The notes under the pieces are model-generated. The model ran no database searches. It was given only the letters and a program-made list of their open reading frames with translations, and was not told where the DNA came from. The translations under genes were made by a program, and so were the position numbers. Positions 29,963-39,659 of a stretch of DNA of 64,000 bases are shown here, piece after piece. This stretch comes from an uncultured bacterium (GTDB lineage: Bacteria; Gemmatimonadota; Gemmatimonadetes; Gemmatimonadales; GWC2-71-9), in assembly GCA_965651205.1 (NCBI GenBank), contig CBFGRM010000001.1, positions 76,475 through 140,474 on the forward strand, written 5' to 3'. The stretch's first letter is position 1. The number at the start of each line of letters is the position of its first letter.

Positions 29963-32290
29963 ATGACGCCGCGCTCGCGGCGGCTGCTGACCCTGCTGGG
30001 GATCGCGGTGCCGGTGTTGCTGATCGGCCGCGCATTGGCCGATGCGGTCACGGCCTTCTGGTGGGCCTCATCCATCTCGTCTGATGCAGTGGCGGGCCTG
30101 GCCCGCTGGCACCTGCTGCGCTCGGGTGTCTTCATCGTGGTGTTGCTGGTGACGGTGTTCTACTGGTTTGGACACTACCTCGGAGTCAGGCGCCTTCCCG
30201 ACTCCGCGCGGCCACTCGCCAACTCCGATGCCTCCCCCGGCCTGACCGTGCAGACGTTCGCGGCGATTCTGGCGGCCGCACTCGTGGTGATCACGATGCT
30301 GCTCCAGGATCCCGACCAGTGGACCGCCGCAATCGCGCTCCGCAACGCCGGGGTGGAGTATGGCGTCAGTGATCCACTGCTTGGCCGCGATCTCGGCTAC
30401 CTGATCGCCGATCATCCGCTCACCCGCTTGCTGCACAGGTTCGCGGTGCATCTCGTGCTTGCCGGCCTGCTGTATGTCGCCACCATCCACCTGATCCTGG
30501 GTGGGATCCGCCGCACTGGTGCACGCCTCCTGGTGTCAGAGGAGGCACGCTTCGTCATCGGTCGACTGCTGATGCTGCTGGCCCTGCTGATCGCACTTGG
30601 CTATCTGCTGGCACCTTCGCTGTTGGCCGTCTCGGTGGACGTGCCGATCGAACCCCGTGTCGGGGAGTTCCGGCTGGTTGCGGCCTGGCTCCTGGCCGGA
30701 ATCGCATTCGCGACCGCGCTGCTCTCGCTGCCGTGGATCCGGGGCAGGCGCGGCAACCTGCTGCTGTCGGGCTGGGCCGTGCTGGCGATCGCCGCCATCA
30801 CCGAGCGACTGGTGGTGCCGGCGTTCCTGGCCGAAATGCCGGCCAACGCGGAGCGCGACGTCGAGCAGCGCCGGATCGAGCAGGCGATGTACGGAATCCG
30901 CCTGGTCGAGTCGATGGCCGTCGACTCGCTCCCACCGGTGATCGATGTCTGGGATGAACGCGTACTGACCACGCTCGCGGTGCTGGAGGGACAGCGCCCT
31001 GTCGGTGCCCTGCCGGCCGGCAATGTGGAGCGGCCGCACTGGTTGGTGGCGTCGACACCGGTAGATGGGCCGACTCGATTGATGGTCCGCGACGTGCCGA
31101 GTACCGCAGCGGTGATCGGCACGGCCGGCCTACCCACCACCACCCAGGTGGACCCGGGATCGCTGCCGGGCGCCACCGGCTGGGCCGTGACACACGGCGG
31201 CGTCAGGGTAGGGTCCTGGCCACGACGACTGATTCTTGCCTGGACGCTGCAGGGACCAGGAGTCCTCGCACTGGAGGATGCCACCACCATCGACTGGTTG
31301 CGGGATCCGCAGGAGCGGCTGACGGAACTGGTTCCACCGCTTGAGTGGCGAACCACCGGACTGACGCGAATCGATGACGCACTCCACTGGGTCGTCACCG
31401 GCTACGCGGTGGTGCCCGAGGCTCCGCTCGCGACCAGGGTTGCCTTCGACGGAGCAACCGTGAGCGGGGTGGTGCCGGCCCTGGTTGCGCTGGTGCGGTC
31501 GAGTGACGGACAAACCACCGTGTACCGTGATCCGGCTGGTGGCCCACTGGGTCGAGCGTGGGCACGTGCCTTCGCTCCGATGGTTAGGGACTCGTTGCCG
31601 GCGGCCACGGCCGCGGCGCTGCCGTACCCCGGTGAGTGGTTTGCGCGCCAGATCACCGTGCTGTCGTTGCCGCACTGGGACCTGGGTGGCCTGGGCGCGG
31701 TCGATGCGGTTGCCCCGGTCGCAACACCGGTGTGGTTGCCGAACGGCACTGGACTCCGGGTGCTGCTCCGCAACGGCGACGGTCAACGACCACGCACGCT
31801 GCTCACCGCCACTCGCCGCGTCGACGGCGCGATGATCGCAGTGAACCCGATCTCCCGAGCCGAGGCCCGGAGCGGAACAGATCTGCTCCGTCTGCTGGAC
31901 GACTCGCCTGAGTTGGGTCGGCTTCGCGACTCCATCAAGGCGCGCGGGGACAGCCTGCTTGCCGGGGCGGTGCGTTGGCACTCCGGACCTGCGGGCGTGG
32001 TGGCGTGGCGGCCGTTCGTGCTCGCAGGTCAGGAACCGAAGTTGGCCTGGCTGGCCATCGCGACCGCGGATCGCCACGGTGGTGGTCGCGACGTGGAGCT
32101 GGCCCTGGCTCGGATGCTGGCCGCGGACACCACCAGCACATCCGGCCTGGTCGACTGGCGGGGACGCTTCCGCGAGGCCCGCACCTGGTTGATGCAGGGC
32201 GATTCAGCCCTCGGTCGCGGTGATCTTACCGCATTCGGCCGTGCCTGGGAGGCGCTGCGGCGCCTGATCGGCGATTCGATTCCGGAGTAG
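29963..32290 (+). CDS. Large polytopic membrane protein, divergent UPF0182-like
   Basis: N-terminal ~300 aa holds about 7 TM helices, with AFWWASSISSD and YGVSDPLLGRDLGYLIADHPL resembling the UPF0182 motifs (LWFxSLGY; FGxxDPxFxxDxxFYxFxLP). A large soluble region follows, then a C-terminal ...MQGDSALGRGDLTAFGRAWEALRRL resembling the family's C-terminal helix. Recognised by eye only. Confidence 0.5.
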   Translation: MTPRSRRLLTLLGIAVPVLLIGRALADAVTAFWWASSISSDAVAGLARWHLLRSGVFIVVLLVTVFYWFGHYLGVRRLPDSARPLANSDASPGLTVQTFAAILAAALVVITMLLQDPDQWTAAIALRNAGVEYGVSDPLLGRDLGYLIADHPLTRLLHRFAVHLVLAGLLYVATIHLILGGIRRTGARLLVSEEARFVIGRLLMLLALLIALGYLLAPSLLAVSVDVPIEPRVGEFRLVAAWLLAGIAFATALLSLPWIRGRRGNLLLSGWAVLAIAAITERLVVPAFLAEMPANAERDVEQRRIEQAMYGIRLVESMAVDSLPPVIDVWDERVLTTLAVLEGQRPVGALPAGNVERPHWLVASTPVDGPTRLMVRDVPSTAAVIGTAGLPTTTQVDPGSLPGATGWAVTHGGVRVGSWPRRLILAWTLQGPGVLALEDATTIDWLRDPQERLTELVPPLEWRTTGLTRIDDALHWVVTGYAVVPEAPLATRVAFDGATVSGVVPALVALVRSSDGQTTVYRDPAGGPLGRAWARAFAPMVRDSLPAATAAALPYPGEWFARQITVLSLPHWDLGGLGAVDAVAPVATPVWLPNGTGLRVLLRNGDGQRPRTLLTATRRVDGAMIAVNPISRAEARSGTDLLRLLDDSPELGRLRDSIKARGDSLLAGAVRWHSGPAGVVAWRPFVLAGQEPKLAWLAIATADRHGGGRDVELALARMLAADTTSTSGLVDWRGRFREARTWLMQGDSALGRGDLTAFGRAWEALRRLIGDSIPE

Positions 32291-32316
32291 CCATCACCCG
32301 GCAACACCGCTATTTT
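32288..32316 (+). promoter_or_regulatory. Candidate sucCD promoter: TAGCCA, 17 nt spacer, TATTTT
   Basis: TATTTT at 32311-32316 lies inside the 13-mer CCGCTATTTTCAA, also found at the secG promoter candidate. The -35 element is weak. Confidence 0.3.
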
Positions 32317-32402
32317 CAAGGGTTATTTCCTGACGGGCCGGTCGGCAGGGCATCGCCGTGACAGTACCGGCCCGCGAACCGTGACTCGACGAAGAGGTGG
32401 GC

Positions 32403-33542
32403 GTGAATCTGCACGAGTACCAGGCCCGCGACCTGCTCAAGGCCGCCGGGGTCCCGATGTTCGACGGCGACGTGGCCGCCACTCCCACCGAGGCGGAAGC
32501 GATCGCCCGGCGGATTGGCGGGACGGTTGTCGTCAAGGCACAGGTCCATACCGGCGGACGTGGCAAGGCGGGTGGCGTGAAGCTGGCCCGCAACCCTGCC
32601 GAAGCCAATGATTGCGCCTCGCAGATCCTCGGAATGAGCATCAAGGGACTTGTGGTCACCAAGGTGCTGGTGGTTCCGGCTGCCGACATCGCCACCGAGA
32701 GCTACGTCGGGTTGATTCTCGATCGTGCCACCCAGTTGCCGGTGTTTATGGTCTCCGACGCCGGTGGTGTGGACATCGAGGAGGTCGCCGCCAAGACCCC
32801 CGAGAAGATCACTCGGCTGCCTGTCGATCCGCGTTACGGCCTGCTGCCGCATCAGGCGCTCACGCTGGCGCTCGCCCTCTATCGCGAGTGGGACCACGTC
32901 AAGAGCGCGATGAAGATCCTCCAGCAGCTCTACAAGGTTTTCACCGCCAACGGTGCGTCGTTGGCGGAGATCAACCCGCTGGTCACCACGCCTGACGGCA
33001 GGGTACTGGCGCTCGACGCCAAGGTGGTGATCGACGACAATGAGCTGGATCGGCGGCCAGACCTCGCGGTGCTTCGCGACGAGTCGGCAGAGGAGCCGAG
33101 CGAAGTGGCCGCCCGTCGGGCCAACCTGTCGTTCATCAAGCTCGAGGGCGACGTCGGCTGTGTGGTCAATGGTGCCGGCCTGGCGATGGCCACGATGGAC
33201 CTGGTCAAGTACTACGGCGGCGAACCCGCCAACTTCCTCGACATTGGTGGTTCATCCAATCCCGAGAAGGTCGTCAACGCGCTCCGGATCATCACCGCCG
33301 ACCCCAACGTCAAGGTGATCCTGTTCAACATCTTCGGTGGCATCACCCGCACCGACGACGTGGCCAATGGCATCGTCGCCGCAACCCAGCAGTTCAAGGT
33401 TGAAGTGCCGATCGTGATCCGACTCACCGGCACCAACGAGGAAGAAGCCTTCCGGGTGCTGGAGAGCGTGGGAATGACCGCAATGAACGATATGGACGCA
33501 GCGGTCGAGAAGGCCGTGCAGCTTGCCAAGGGGGCGGCGTGA
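32403..33542 (+). CDS. sucC: Succinyl-CoA synthetase beta subunit
   Basis: [12 protein letters not shown] aligns to the canonical MNLHEYQ N-terminus; ATP-grasp fold; GGSSNPEKV. Track start is GTG 32397; I prefer GTG 32403 (GAAGAGG upstream). Confidence 0.93.
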   Translation: MNLHEYQARDLLKAAGVPMFDGDVAATPTEAEAIARRIGGTVVVKAQVHTGGRGKAGGVKLARNPAEANDCASQILGMSIKGLVVTKVLVVPAADIATESYVGLILDRATQLPVFMVSDAGGVDIEEVAAKTPEKITRLPVDPRYGLLPHQALTLALALYREWDHVKSAMKILQQLYKVFTANGASLAEINPLVTTPDGRVLALDAKVVIDDNELDRRPDLAVLRDESAEEPSEVAARRANLSFIKLEGDVGCVVNGAGLAMATMDLVKYYGGEPANFLDIGGSSNPEKVVNALRIITADPNVKVILFNIFGGITRTDDVANGIVAATQQFKVEVPIVIRLTGTNEEEAFRVLESVGMTAMNDMDAAVEKAVQLAKGAA

Positions 33543-34411
33543 GCATCTGGATCGGCAATGACACTCGGCTGGTCATCCAGGGCATCACCGGTCGTGAGGG
33601 TTCGTTCCACGCCCGGCAGATGATCGAGTACGGCACCAACGTGGTGGCCGGCGTGACCCCGGGGAAGGGTGGCCAGCAGTTCGACGGCAACGTGCCGGTG
33701 TTCAACACCGTGGCCGAGGCCGTCAGCGCCACTGAGGCCAACGTCTCGGTGATTTATGTGCCGCCGGCGATGGCCGCGGGGGCGATCCAGGAGGCCTCCG
33801 ACGCCGGAATAGACCTGGTGGTGTGCATCACCGAAGGTGTGCCGGTGCTCGATATGACGGTGGTGATGCCCTACCTGCGCGAGCGCGGAACTCGACTGAT
33901 CGGGCCCAATTGTCCCGGTCTGATCACGCCGGGCGAGGCCAAGGTCGGCATCATTCCCGGCTCGATCGTGACTCCGGGACCGGTTGGCCTGGTGTCCCGC
34001 TCGGGCACCCTGACCTACGAGGTCGTCAACCATCTCACCCGCAACGGGCTCGGCCAGAGCACCTGCGTGGGTATCGGTGGCGACCCGATCATCGGGACCG
34101 ACTTTATCGATGTCCTCACTGCCTTCAACGACGACCCCAAGACCGAGGCCATCGTGATGATCGGCGAGATCGGCGGGACGGCAGAGCAGGAGGCCGCCGA
34201 GTTCATCAAGGCCAACGTCAAGAAGCCGGTGGCTGGCTTCGTGGCAGGCCAGACCGCCCCCAAGGGACGCCGGATGGGCCACGCCGGAGCGATCATTTCC
34301 GGGTCCAGCGGCACCGCGGAGGAGAAGTTCCAGGCCTTCGAGGCGGCTGGCATCGGAATTATGCGCCGTCCGGTGGATGTGGTGAAGATCCTCAAGGAGA
34401 AGCTGAAGTAA
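33539..34411 (+). CDS. sucD: Succinyl-CoA synthetase alpha subunit
   Basis: [22 protein letters not shown], phosphohistidine loop GHAGAIISG. Confidence 0.94.
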   Translation: MSIWIGNDTRLVIQGITGREGSFHARQMIEYGTNVVAGVTPGKGGQQFDGNVPVFNTVAEAVSATEANVSVIYVPPAMAAGAIQEASDAGIDLVVCITEGVPVLDMTVVMPYLRERGTRLIGPNCPGLITPGEAKVGIIPGSIVTPGPVGLVSRSGTLTYEVVNHLTRNGLGQSTCVGIGGDPIIGTDFIDVLTAFNDDPKTEAIVMIGEIGGTAEQEAAEFIKANVKKPVAGFVAGQTAPKGRRMGHAGAIISGSSGTAEEKFQAFEAAGIGIMRRPVDVVKILKEKLK

Positions 34412-34469
34412 GACTTTACTTGAGGTGCGATAAATAGTTCATCTGCAACACGATGGAGCGTTCACCAGT

Positions 34470-34498
34470 GGTCGCGGCAGGGGCTTCCCACCGCGACC
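34470..34498 (+). terminator. Hairpin downstream of sucD (possible terminator)
   Basis: GGTCGCGG (34470-34477) pairs with CCGCGACC (34491-34498), 13-nt loop. No U-tract. Confidence 0.3.
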
Positions 34499-34543
34499 CG
34501 GTGACGCGGTTATCCACGTCGACAATCCAATCTGAGATACCAA

Positions 34544-34981
34544 ATGGCCGGACGTTTCACTTTTGCGATGATCAAGCCCGACGCCGTGGCTGCGGGCAAC
34601 ACCGGGAACATCGTGGCCGCGGTCGAGGCCGCCGGCTTCGCGATCAGGGCGATGCGACAGGTCCAGCTCACCCGGGCCCAGGCCGAGGCGTTTTACGCCG
34701 TGCACCGCGGCAGGCCTTTCTATGATGAGCTGGTCGGGTTTATGAGCTCGGCTCCGGCGGTGGCGCTGGCTCTCGAGGCCGACGACGCGGTATTGGCCTG
34801 GCGGACGGCGATCGGTGCCACCGACCCGGCCGAGGCGGCCGCCGGCACGATCCGGAAGCGGTTCGCGGAGTCCAAGGGCAAGAACGCCGTTCACGGCTCC
34901 GACAGCGACGAGAACGCCCGTCGCGAGATCGGGTTCTTCTTCACCGAGGGCGAGTTGGCGCTTCTGGGCGTGGCGTTCTGA
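34544..34981 (+). CDS. ndk: Nucleoside diphosphate kinase
   Basis: TFAMIKPDAV, GATDPAEAAAGTIR, NAVHGSDS (active-site His). Confidence 0.93.
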   Translation: MAGRFTFAMIKPDAVAAGNTGNIVAAVEAAGFAIRAMRQVQLTRAQAEAFYAVHRGRPFYDELVGFMSSAPAVALALEADDAVLAWRTAIGATDPAEAAAGTIRKRFAESKGKNAVHGSDSDENARREIGFFFTEGELALLGVAF

Positions 34982-35022
34982 CGCTTGACCCGACTGGGGC
35001 GGATCTGGTAGTTTTGAGGGCT

Positions 35023-35493
35023 ATGCTTTCTGTGGATCTCCGTCGGCTCGGTGCCGACGGACTGGCGATGGCCGGTTCGCTCGCCCCCGACGATCCGGTG
35101 TTCGAGGGGACCGAGCTCAGGCTGGCCGGGCCGGTTCAAGTCGGTGGCCGCTTGCGCAGGGCCGATGGTGACAACCTGGTCTGGCAGGGCACGCTCCGGA
35201 CCGGGATCATCGGTGAGTGCAGGCGCTGTCTTGGGGAAGTCGAGCAGCGGGTCGATGACGAGCTGACGTTGCTCTTTTCGGCCGACGAGGAGTTGCTGGA
35301 AGATCCCAGCGTCTATCCTCTGCCTGCCGATGCTTCGTCGATTGACCTGGCTGAGGCGGTTCGCGAGGAGCTGGTACTGCGGGCGGCGGCATTTCCGCTC
35401 TGCAAGGAAGATTGCAAGGGTATCTGTCCCGTCTGCGGGGCTGACTTGAACGCCGGGCCGTGCAGTTGTGCGGTGAGCGGCACGAACCACTGA
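35023..35493 (+). CDS. yceD: YceD/DUF177 family protein (large-subunit ribosome-associated)
   Basis: It precedes rpmF as in the conserved yceD-rpmF-plsX cluster. CRRCL...CKEDCKGICPVCGADLN Cys motifs. ATG 35023 (track TTG 35014). Confidence 0.8.
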   Translation: MLSVDLRRLGADGLAMAGSLAPDDPVFEGTELRLAGPVQVGGRLRRADGDNLVWQGTLRTGIIGECRRCLGEVEQRVDDELTLLFSADEELLEDPSVYPLPADASSIDLAEAVREELVLRAAAFPLCKEDCKGICPVCGADLNAGPCSCAVSGTNH

Positions 35494-35500
35494 GGGGTCA

Positions 35501-35683
35501 ATGGCAGTTCCCAAGCGGAAACTCTCCAAGTCGCGCAAGCGGTTGCGTCGCGGCCATCATTCGGCCGAGGGCATCCCGGCCCAGGCGTGTCCGCGCTGCA
35601 GTGCGCCACGGCTTCCGCATCGGGTTTGCCCGACCTGCGGGTATTATGCCGGCAAGAAGCGGCTCGAGGTCGAGGACAACTAG
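35501..35683 (+). CDS. rpmF: 50S ribosomal protein L32
   Basis: MAVPKRKLSKSRKRLRR...CPRC...CPTCGYY. Confidence 0.95.
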   Translation: MAVPKRKLSKSRKRLRRGHHSAEGIPAQACPRCSAPRLPHRVCPTCGYYAGKKRLEVEDN

Positions 35684-35686
35684 GCA

Positions 35687-36700
35687 GTGATCCGCGTCGC
35701 ACTCGACGCGATGGGTGGCGACCACGCACCAGCCTCCGAGGTGGATGGCGCCGCGCTGGCACTGGCGGAACTGGGACCGGATATCAAACTGGTCCTGGTC
35801 GGGCAGGCCGGGCGAATCGCGCCCGAACTCGATCGTCACCCGGCACTCGACCGCAGCAGGATCGAGATCGTCGACGCGCCGGAAGTCGTCACGATGGACG
35901 ACAAGCCGCTGCAGGCGGTGCGTCGCAAGCGCAATTCCTCACTTGTCGTCGGCCTCAGCCTGCTCCAGGAGCGGCGAGCCGACGCCTTCGTATCCGCGGG
36001 CAACACCGGCGCCGTGCTGGCCGCATCCACCGTCCTGCTCGGCTTGCATCCCGGGGTTGATCGCGCCACGGTGGCCTCGCTGCTGCCGGCCGCCGACGGC
36101 CCGGTGTTGCTTCTCGACGCCGGTGCCAATGTCGACTGCTCGGCACGCGAGCTGGTCAACTTCGCCCATCTGGGATCGGTGTATATGCGCGACGTGGTCG
36201 CGCGAGAGCGGCCGGTGGTGGGTTTGCTCAACGTGGGCGAGGAGAACGACAAGGGCAGCGCCGTTGTCCGCGAGGCACACCAGATGCTGCGCAACGACGA
36301 ACTGATCAACTACGTTGGCAACATCGAGGGACGCGATGTGGTGGTGCCGCACCCGGTCCACGGTCGCATCGATGTGGTGGTCGCCGACGGCTTCACCGGC
36401 AACGTGGTACTCAAGTTCTACGAATCGATGGGTCGACTGGTGGAGTCATTGCTCAGGCGCGACAGTCCCGCCCTGCTCGGCTCCCCGGTGATCGCGCCGC
36501 TGATGCGATTCCTCGACTACAGCGAATACGGCGGCGCTCCACTTCTGGGCGTGCGCGGGGTGCCGATCATCTGCCACGGATCGTCCAGCCCTTCGGCAAT
36601 CAAGAACGCTATCCGCAAGGCGGTGGAATCGGTGCAGGTGGGTCTCAACGAGCACATCGCCGAAGAGTTTGCGGGGCACGTCGCCCCGCCTGCGTCGTGA
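35687..36700 (+). CDS. plsX: Phosphate acyltransferase PlsX
   Basis: IRVALDAMGGDHAP, VSAGNTGA, GAPLLGVRGVPIICHGSS. Confidence 0.93.
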   Translation: MIRVALDAMGGDHAPASEVDGAALALAELGPDIKLVLVGQAGRIAPELDRHPALDRSRIEIVDAPEVVTMDDKPLQAVRRKRNSSLVVGLSLLQERRADAFVSAGNTGAVLAASTVLLGLHPGVDRATVASLLPAADGPVLLLDAGANVDCSARELVNFAHLGSVYMRDVVARERPVVGLLNVGEENDKGSAVVREAHQMLRNDELINYVGNIEGRDVVVPHPVHGRIDVVVADGFTGNVVLKFYESMGRLVESLLRRDSPALLGSPVIAPLMRFLDYSEYGGAPLLGVRGVPIICHGSSSPSAIKNAIRKAVESVQVGLNEHIAEEFAGHVAPPAS

Positions 36701-37695
36701 TCGCCGCGCGACCGATCGCCCGGATCACCGGTATCGGTGCCGCGGTGCCGGAGGGGATCCTCACCAATGCCGACCTCGAGAGCTATCTCGACACTTCGGA
36801 CGAGTGGATCGTCGAACGCACCGGCATCCGTGAGCGCCGCATCGCACGCCCTGACGAGAAGCTCAGCGACTACGCACTGATCGCCGCCCGCGATGCCATT
36901 CGTGATGCCGGCATCTCTCCCGACCAGATCGACGGCGTGATCTTCGCCACTGTCACGCCGGATCGGCGCCTGCCAGCGGTGGCCTGCGACATCCAGGCGG
37001 CAATCGGGGCCGAGGGTGCCTGGGCATTCGACCTGGTTGCTGCTTGCCCCGGTTGGGTGTACGCCCTGACCGTCGCCGAGGGGATGATCGCCTCGGGGCA
37101 GGGTGACACCATTCTCGTGATCGGCGGAGAGAAGCTCTCGACCATCACCGACAAGGATGATCGCTCCACCGTGATCCTGTTTGGTGACGGTGCCGGTGCC
37201 GCCATCCTGCAGCGCACGCCAGCGGGGAGTGACACCGGAATGTTGTCCGCGTACCTGGGGGCCGACGGCGACCTCGCCGAGCTGCTCTACATTCCCGCTG
37301 GTGGGGCAGCGGAGCCGCTCACCGAGGATGTGGTGCGCGACCGCCGACACCTGATGCGGATGGCAGGGCGCGAGGTGTTCAAGGCCGCCGTGCTGGCGAT
37401 GAGCCGCAGCACCGACGAGGCAATCCAGCGTGCCGGCCTGACCCCGGATGCGATCGACCTGCTGGTGCCGCACCAGGCCAATCTTCGGATCATCGACGCT
37501 ACCGCCAAGCACGCCGGCATCCCTATGGACAAGGTGATGGTCAACATCGACCGCTACGGCAACACTTCGTCTGCCAGCATTCCCTTGGCGCTGTTACAGG
37601 CGCGCGAGGAAGGTCGTCTTCGCGAGGGGATGATCGTGATGCTGGTGACCTTCGGTGCCGGGTTCACCTGGGGCAGCGTGGTGCTGAGATGGTGA
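36697..37695 (+). CDS. fabH: 3-oxoacyl-ACP synthase III
   Basis: TSDEWIVERTGIRERR, active-site AACPGWVYAL, VPHQANLRI, GNTSSASIPLAL. Confidence 0.94.
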   Translation: MIAARPIARITGIGAAVPEGILTNADLESYLDTSDEWIVERTGIRERRIARPDEKLSDYALIAARDAIRDAGISPDQIDGVIFATVTPDRRLPAVACDIQAAIGAEGAWAFDLVAACPGWVYALTVAEGMIASGQGDTILVIGGEKLSTITDKDDRSTVILFGDGAGAAILQRTPAGSDTGMLSAYLGADGDLAELLYIPAGGAAEPLTEDVVRDRRHLMRMAGREVFKAAVLAMSRSTDEAIQRAGLTPDAIDLLVPHQANLRIIDATAKHAGIPMDKVMVNIDRYGNTSSASIPLALLQAREEGRLREGMIVMLVTFGAGFTWGSVVLRW

Positions 37696-38627
37696 CGGTG
37701 TTGCTGTTCCCGGGTCAGGGTGCCCAGAAGCCGGGAATGGCGCGCGACCTGGCGGATGAGTTCCCGGCTGCGGCAGCCACGCTCGAGGCAATCGACGCGG
37801 CATTGCCGACTTCGCTCACCAACGTGATGTGGGAAGGCAGCGCGGAGGACCTCACGCTCACCCACAATGCCCAGCCTGCGATTCTCGCCCACAGCGCTGC
37901 CGTGCTCAGCGTGATCCAGGATCGCCTCGGCGAGGACCACGTGGTCGCTGCCGCTGGACATTCGCTGGGGGAGTACTCCGCCTACGTGGCCGCCGGCTCG
38001 CTCGAGGCACCTGCCGCAGCCCGGCTGGTCCGCCGCCGTGGCACGTTGATGTACGAGGCCGGTGAGCTGCGCCCGGGGGCGATGGCGGCAGTGCTCGGGT
38101 TGCCGCTCGAGGGCGTGGAGCAGGCCTGCCACGAGGTCAACGACGACAACATCGGCATCGTGGTCGCGGCAAACCTCAACGCACCCGACCAGACCGTGCT
38201 CTCCGGTGACCCTGTCGCAGTGGAGCGCGCCGGCGAATTGTGTCGGGCCGGCGGAGCCCGGCGAGTCCTGCCGCTCAAGGTGAGCGGTGCATTCCACTCA
38301 CCGCTGATGGAGCCGGCCCAGGAAGGACTGGCCGAGGCACTCCGTGTCACACCCTTCGGTGAACCGCGGTTCCCGGTGTTCGCCAACGCCACCGCCGAAC
38401 CGGTCACCGACAGCGACGATGCACAGAAGCTGCTGGTGACCCAGATTACCGCACCGGTCCGATGGGTCGAAACCGTGCTCCGGATCCACTCCGAGTGGCC
38501 CGACGCGCGGTGGCTCGAGCTTGGTCCGGGCTCGGTGCTGAGCGGCCTGCTCAAGCGGATAGTGCCGGAGGCCTCGTGCACGCCGCTTGGCACCGCGGCA
38601 GAAGTGGGTAATTTCCTCAGCCAATGA
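37689..38627 (+). CDS. fabD: Malonyl-CoA:ACP transacylase
   Basis: FPGQGAQKPGM, GHSLGEYSA, LKVSGAFHSPLM. Confidence 0.93.
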   Translation: MVTVLLFPGQGAQKPGMARDLADEFPAAAATLEAIDAALPTSLTNVMWEGSAEDLTLTHNAQPAILAHSAAVLSVIQDRLGEDHVVAAAGHSLGEYSAYVAAGSLEAPAAARLVRRRGTLMYEAGELRPGAMAAVLGLPLEGVEQACHEVNDDNIGIVVAANLNAPDQTVLSGDPVAVERAGELCRAGGARRVLPLKVSGAFHSPLMEPAQEGLAEALRVTPFGEPRFPVFANATAEPVTDSDDAQKLLVTQITAPVRWVETVLRIHSEWPDARWLELGPGSVLSGLLKRIVPEASCTPLGTAAEVGNFLSQ

Positions 38628-39367
38628 GCTACCAGATCGATCTTTCCGGCCGGGTGGCATTCGTCACCGGCAGCACCCGCGGCATTGGCCGCGCCATCGC
38701 CGAGACGCTTTATGCTGCCGGCGCCAGCGTGGCAGTCGCCGGTCGTTCGGCGGACACCGCCGCCGAGGTGGCTACGGCCCTCGGCGAACGAGCCAGCGGT
38801 TTCGCCTGCGATGTCACCTCGGCCGACTCGATCCGGGCCGCGCTGGCGGCCGCCGAGACCGAACTCGGCCCGGTGGACATCCTTGTCAACAACGCCGGCA
38901 TCACCCGGGACAACCTGCTGCTGAGACTCAGTGATGACGAGTGGGACACCGTGCTCGACGCCAACCTGCGCGGGGCATTCGTGGCGACCCAGGCGGTGCT
39001 CAAGGGGATGATGAAGCGGCGCAGCGGCCGGATCATCAACATCACCAGCATCAGCGGCATTGTCGGCAACAAGGGCCAGGCCAACTATGCCGCCAGCAAG
39101 GCGGGCCTAATCGGCTTCACCAAGACCGTGGCCAAGGAGTATGCCGGGCGGGGAATCCTGGCCAACTGCATCGCGCCCGGCTTCATCGAGACCGATATGA
39201 CCGCCGTCTTGCCGGATGGCGTGCGTACGGCGTTATTGGAGTCGATTCCACTCGGGCGCCTCGGCGCACCGGCGGACATCGCGGGCGCAGTGCTCTATCT
39301 TGTCTCCGATCTGGCGTCCTACGTCACCGGCCAGGTGCTGGTAGTGGACGGCGGGATGATCGGCTGA
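38624..39367 (+). CDS. fabG: 3-oxoacyl-ACP reductase
   Basis: VTGSTRGIGRAIA, NNAGITRD, YAASKAG (SDR catalytic YxxxK). Confidence 0.92.
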   Translation: MSYQIDLSGRVAFVTGSTRGIGRAIAETLYAAGASVAVAGRSADTAAEVATALGERASGFACDVTSADSIRAALAAAETELGPVDILVNNAGITRDNLLLRLSDDEWDTVLDANLRGAFVATQAVLKGMMKRRSGRIINITSISGIVGNKGQANYAASKAGLIGFTKTVAKEYAGRGILANCIAPGFIETDMTAVLPDGVRTALLESIPLGRLGAPADIAGAVLYLVSDLASYVTGQVLVVDGGMIG

Positions 39368-39418
39368 ACTCGCAGGTTGTAACACAATATTTCTCACACC
39401 CGGGACACGAGGCACCAA

Positions 39419-39658
39419 ATGAGCGACGTGGACGAGAAGGTCAAGGACATCATCGTGGAGGAGCTCGGCGTCGAGCGCGAGAAGCTTGCTGCCGATGCGT
39501 CCTTTATGGAGGATCTTGGTGCCGACTCACTCGATACGGTCGAGTTGGTGATGGCGTTCGAGAAGGAGTTCGACATCGACATCCCCGACGAGGAAGCCGA
39601 GAAGCTGCGCACCGTCGGTGACGCACTCAAGTACCTCCACGAGAAGCTGGGCAAGTGA
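39419..39658 (+). CDS. acpP: Acyl carrier protein
   Basis: [21 protein letters not shown] (phosphopantetheine-attachment Ser). Confidence 0.96.
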   Translation: MSDVDEKVKDIIVEELGVEREKLAADASFMEDLGADSLDTVELVMAFEKEFDIDIPDEEAEKLRTVGDALKYLHEKLGK

Positions 39659-39659
39659 C

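Noticed and set aside
27195-30135. 546-aa and 491-aa minus-strand ORFs
   Set aside because: They are antisense shadows of nuoN and the phosphomannomutase gene, with no independent motifs.
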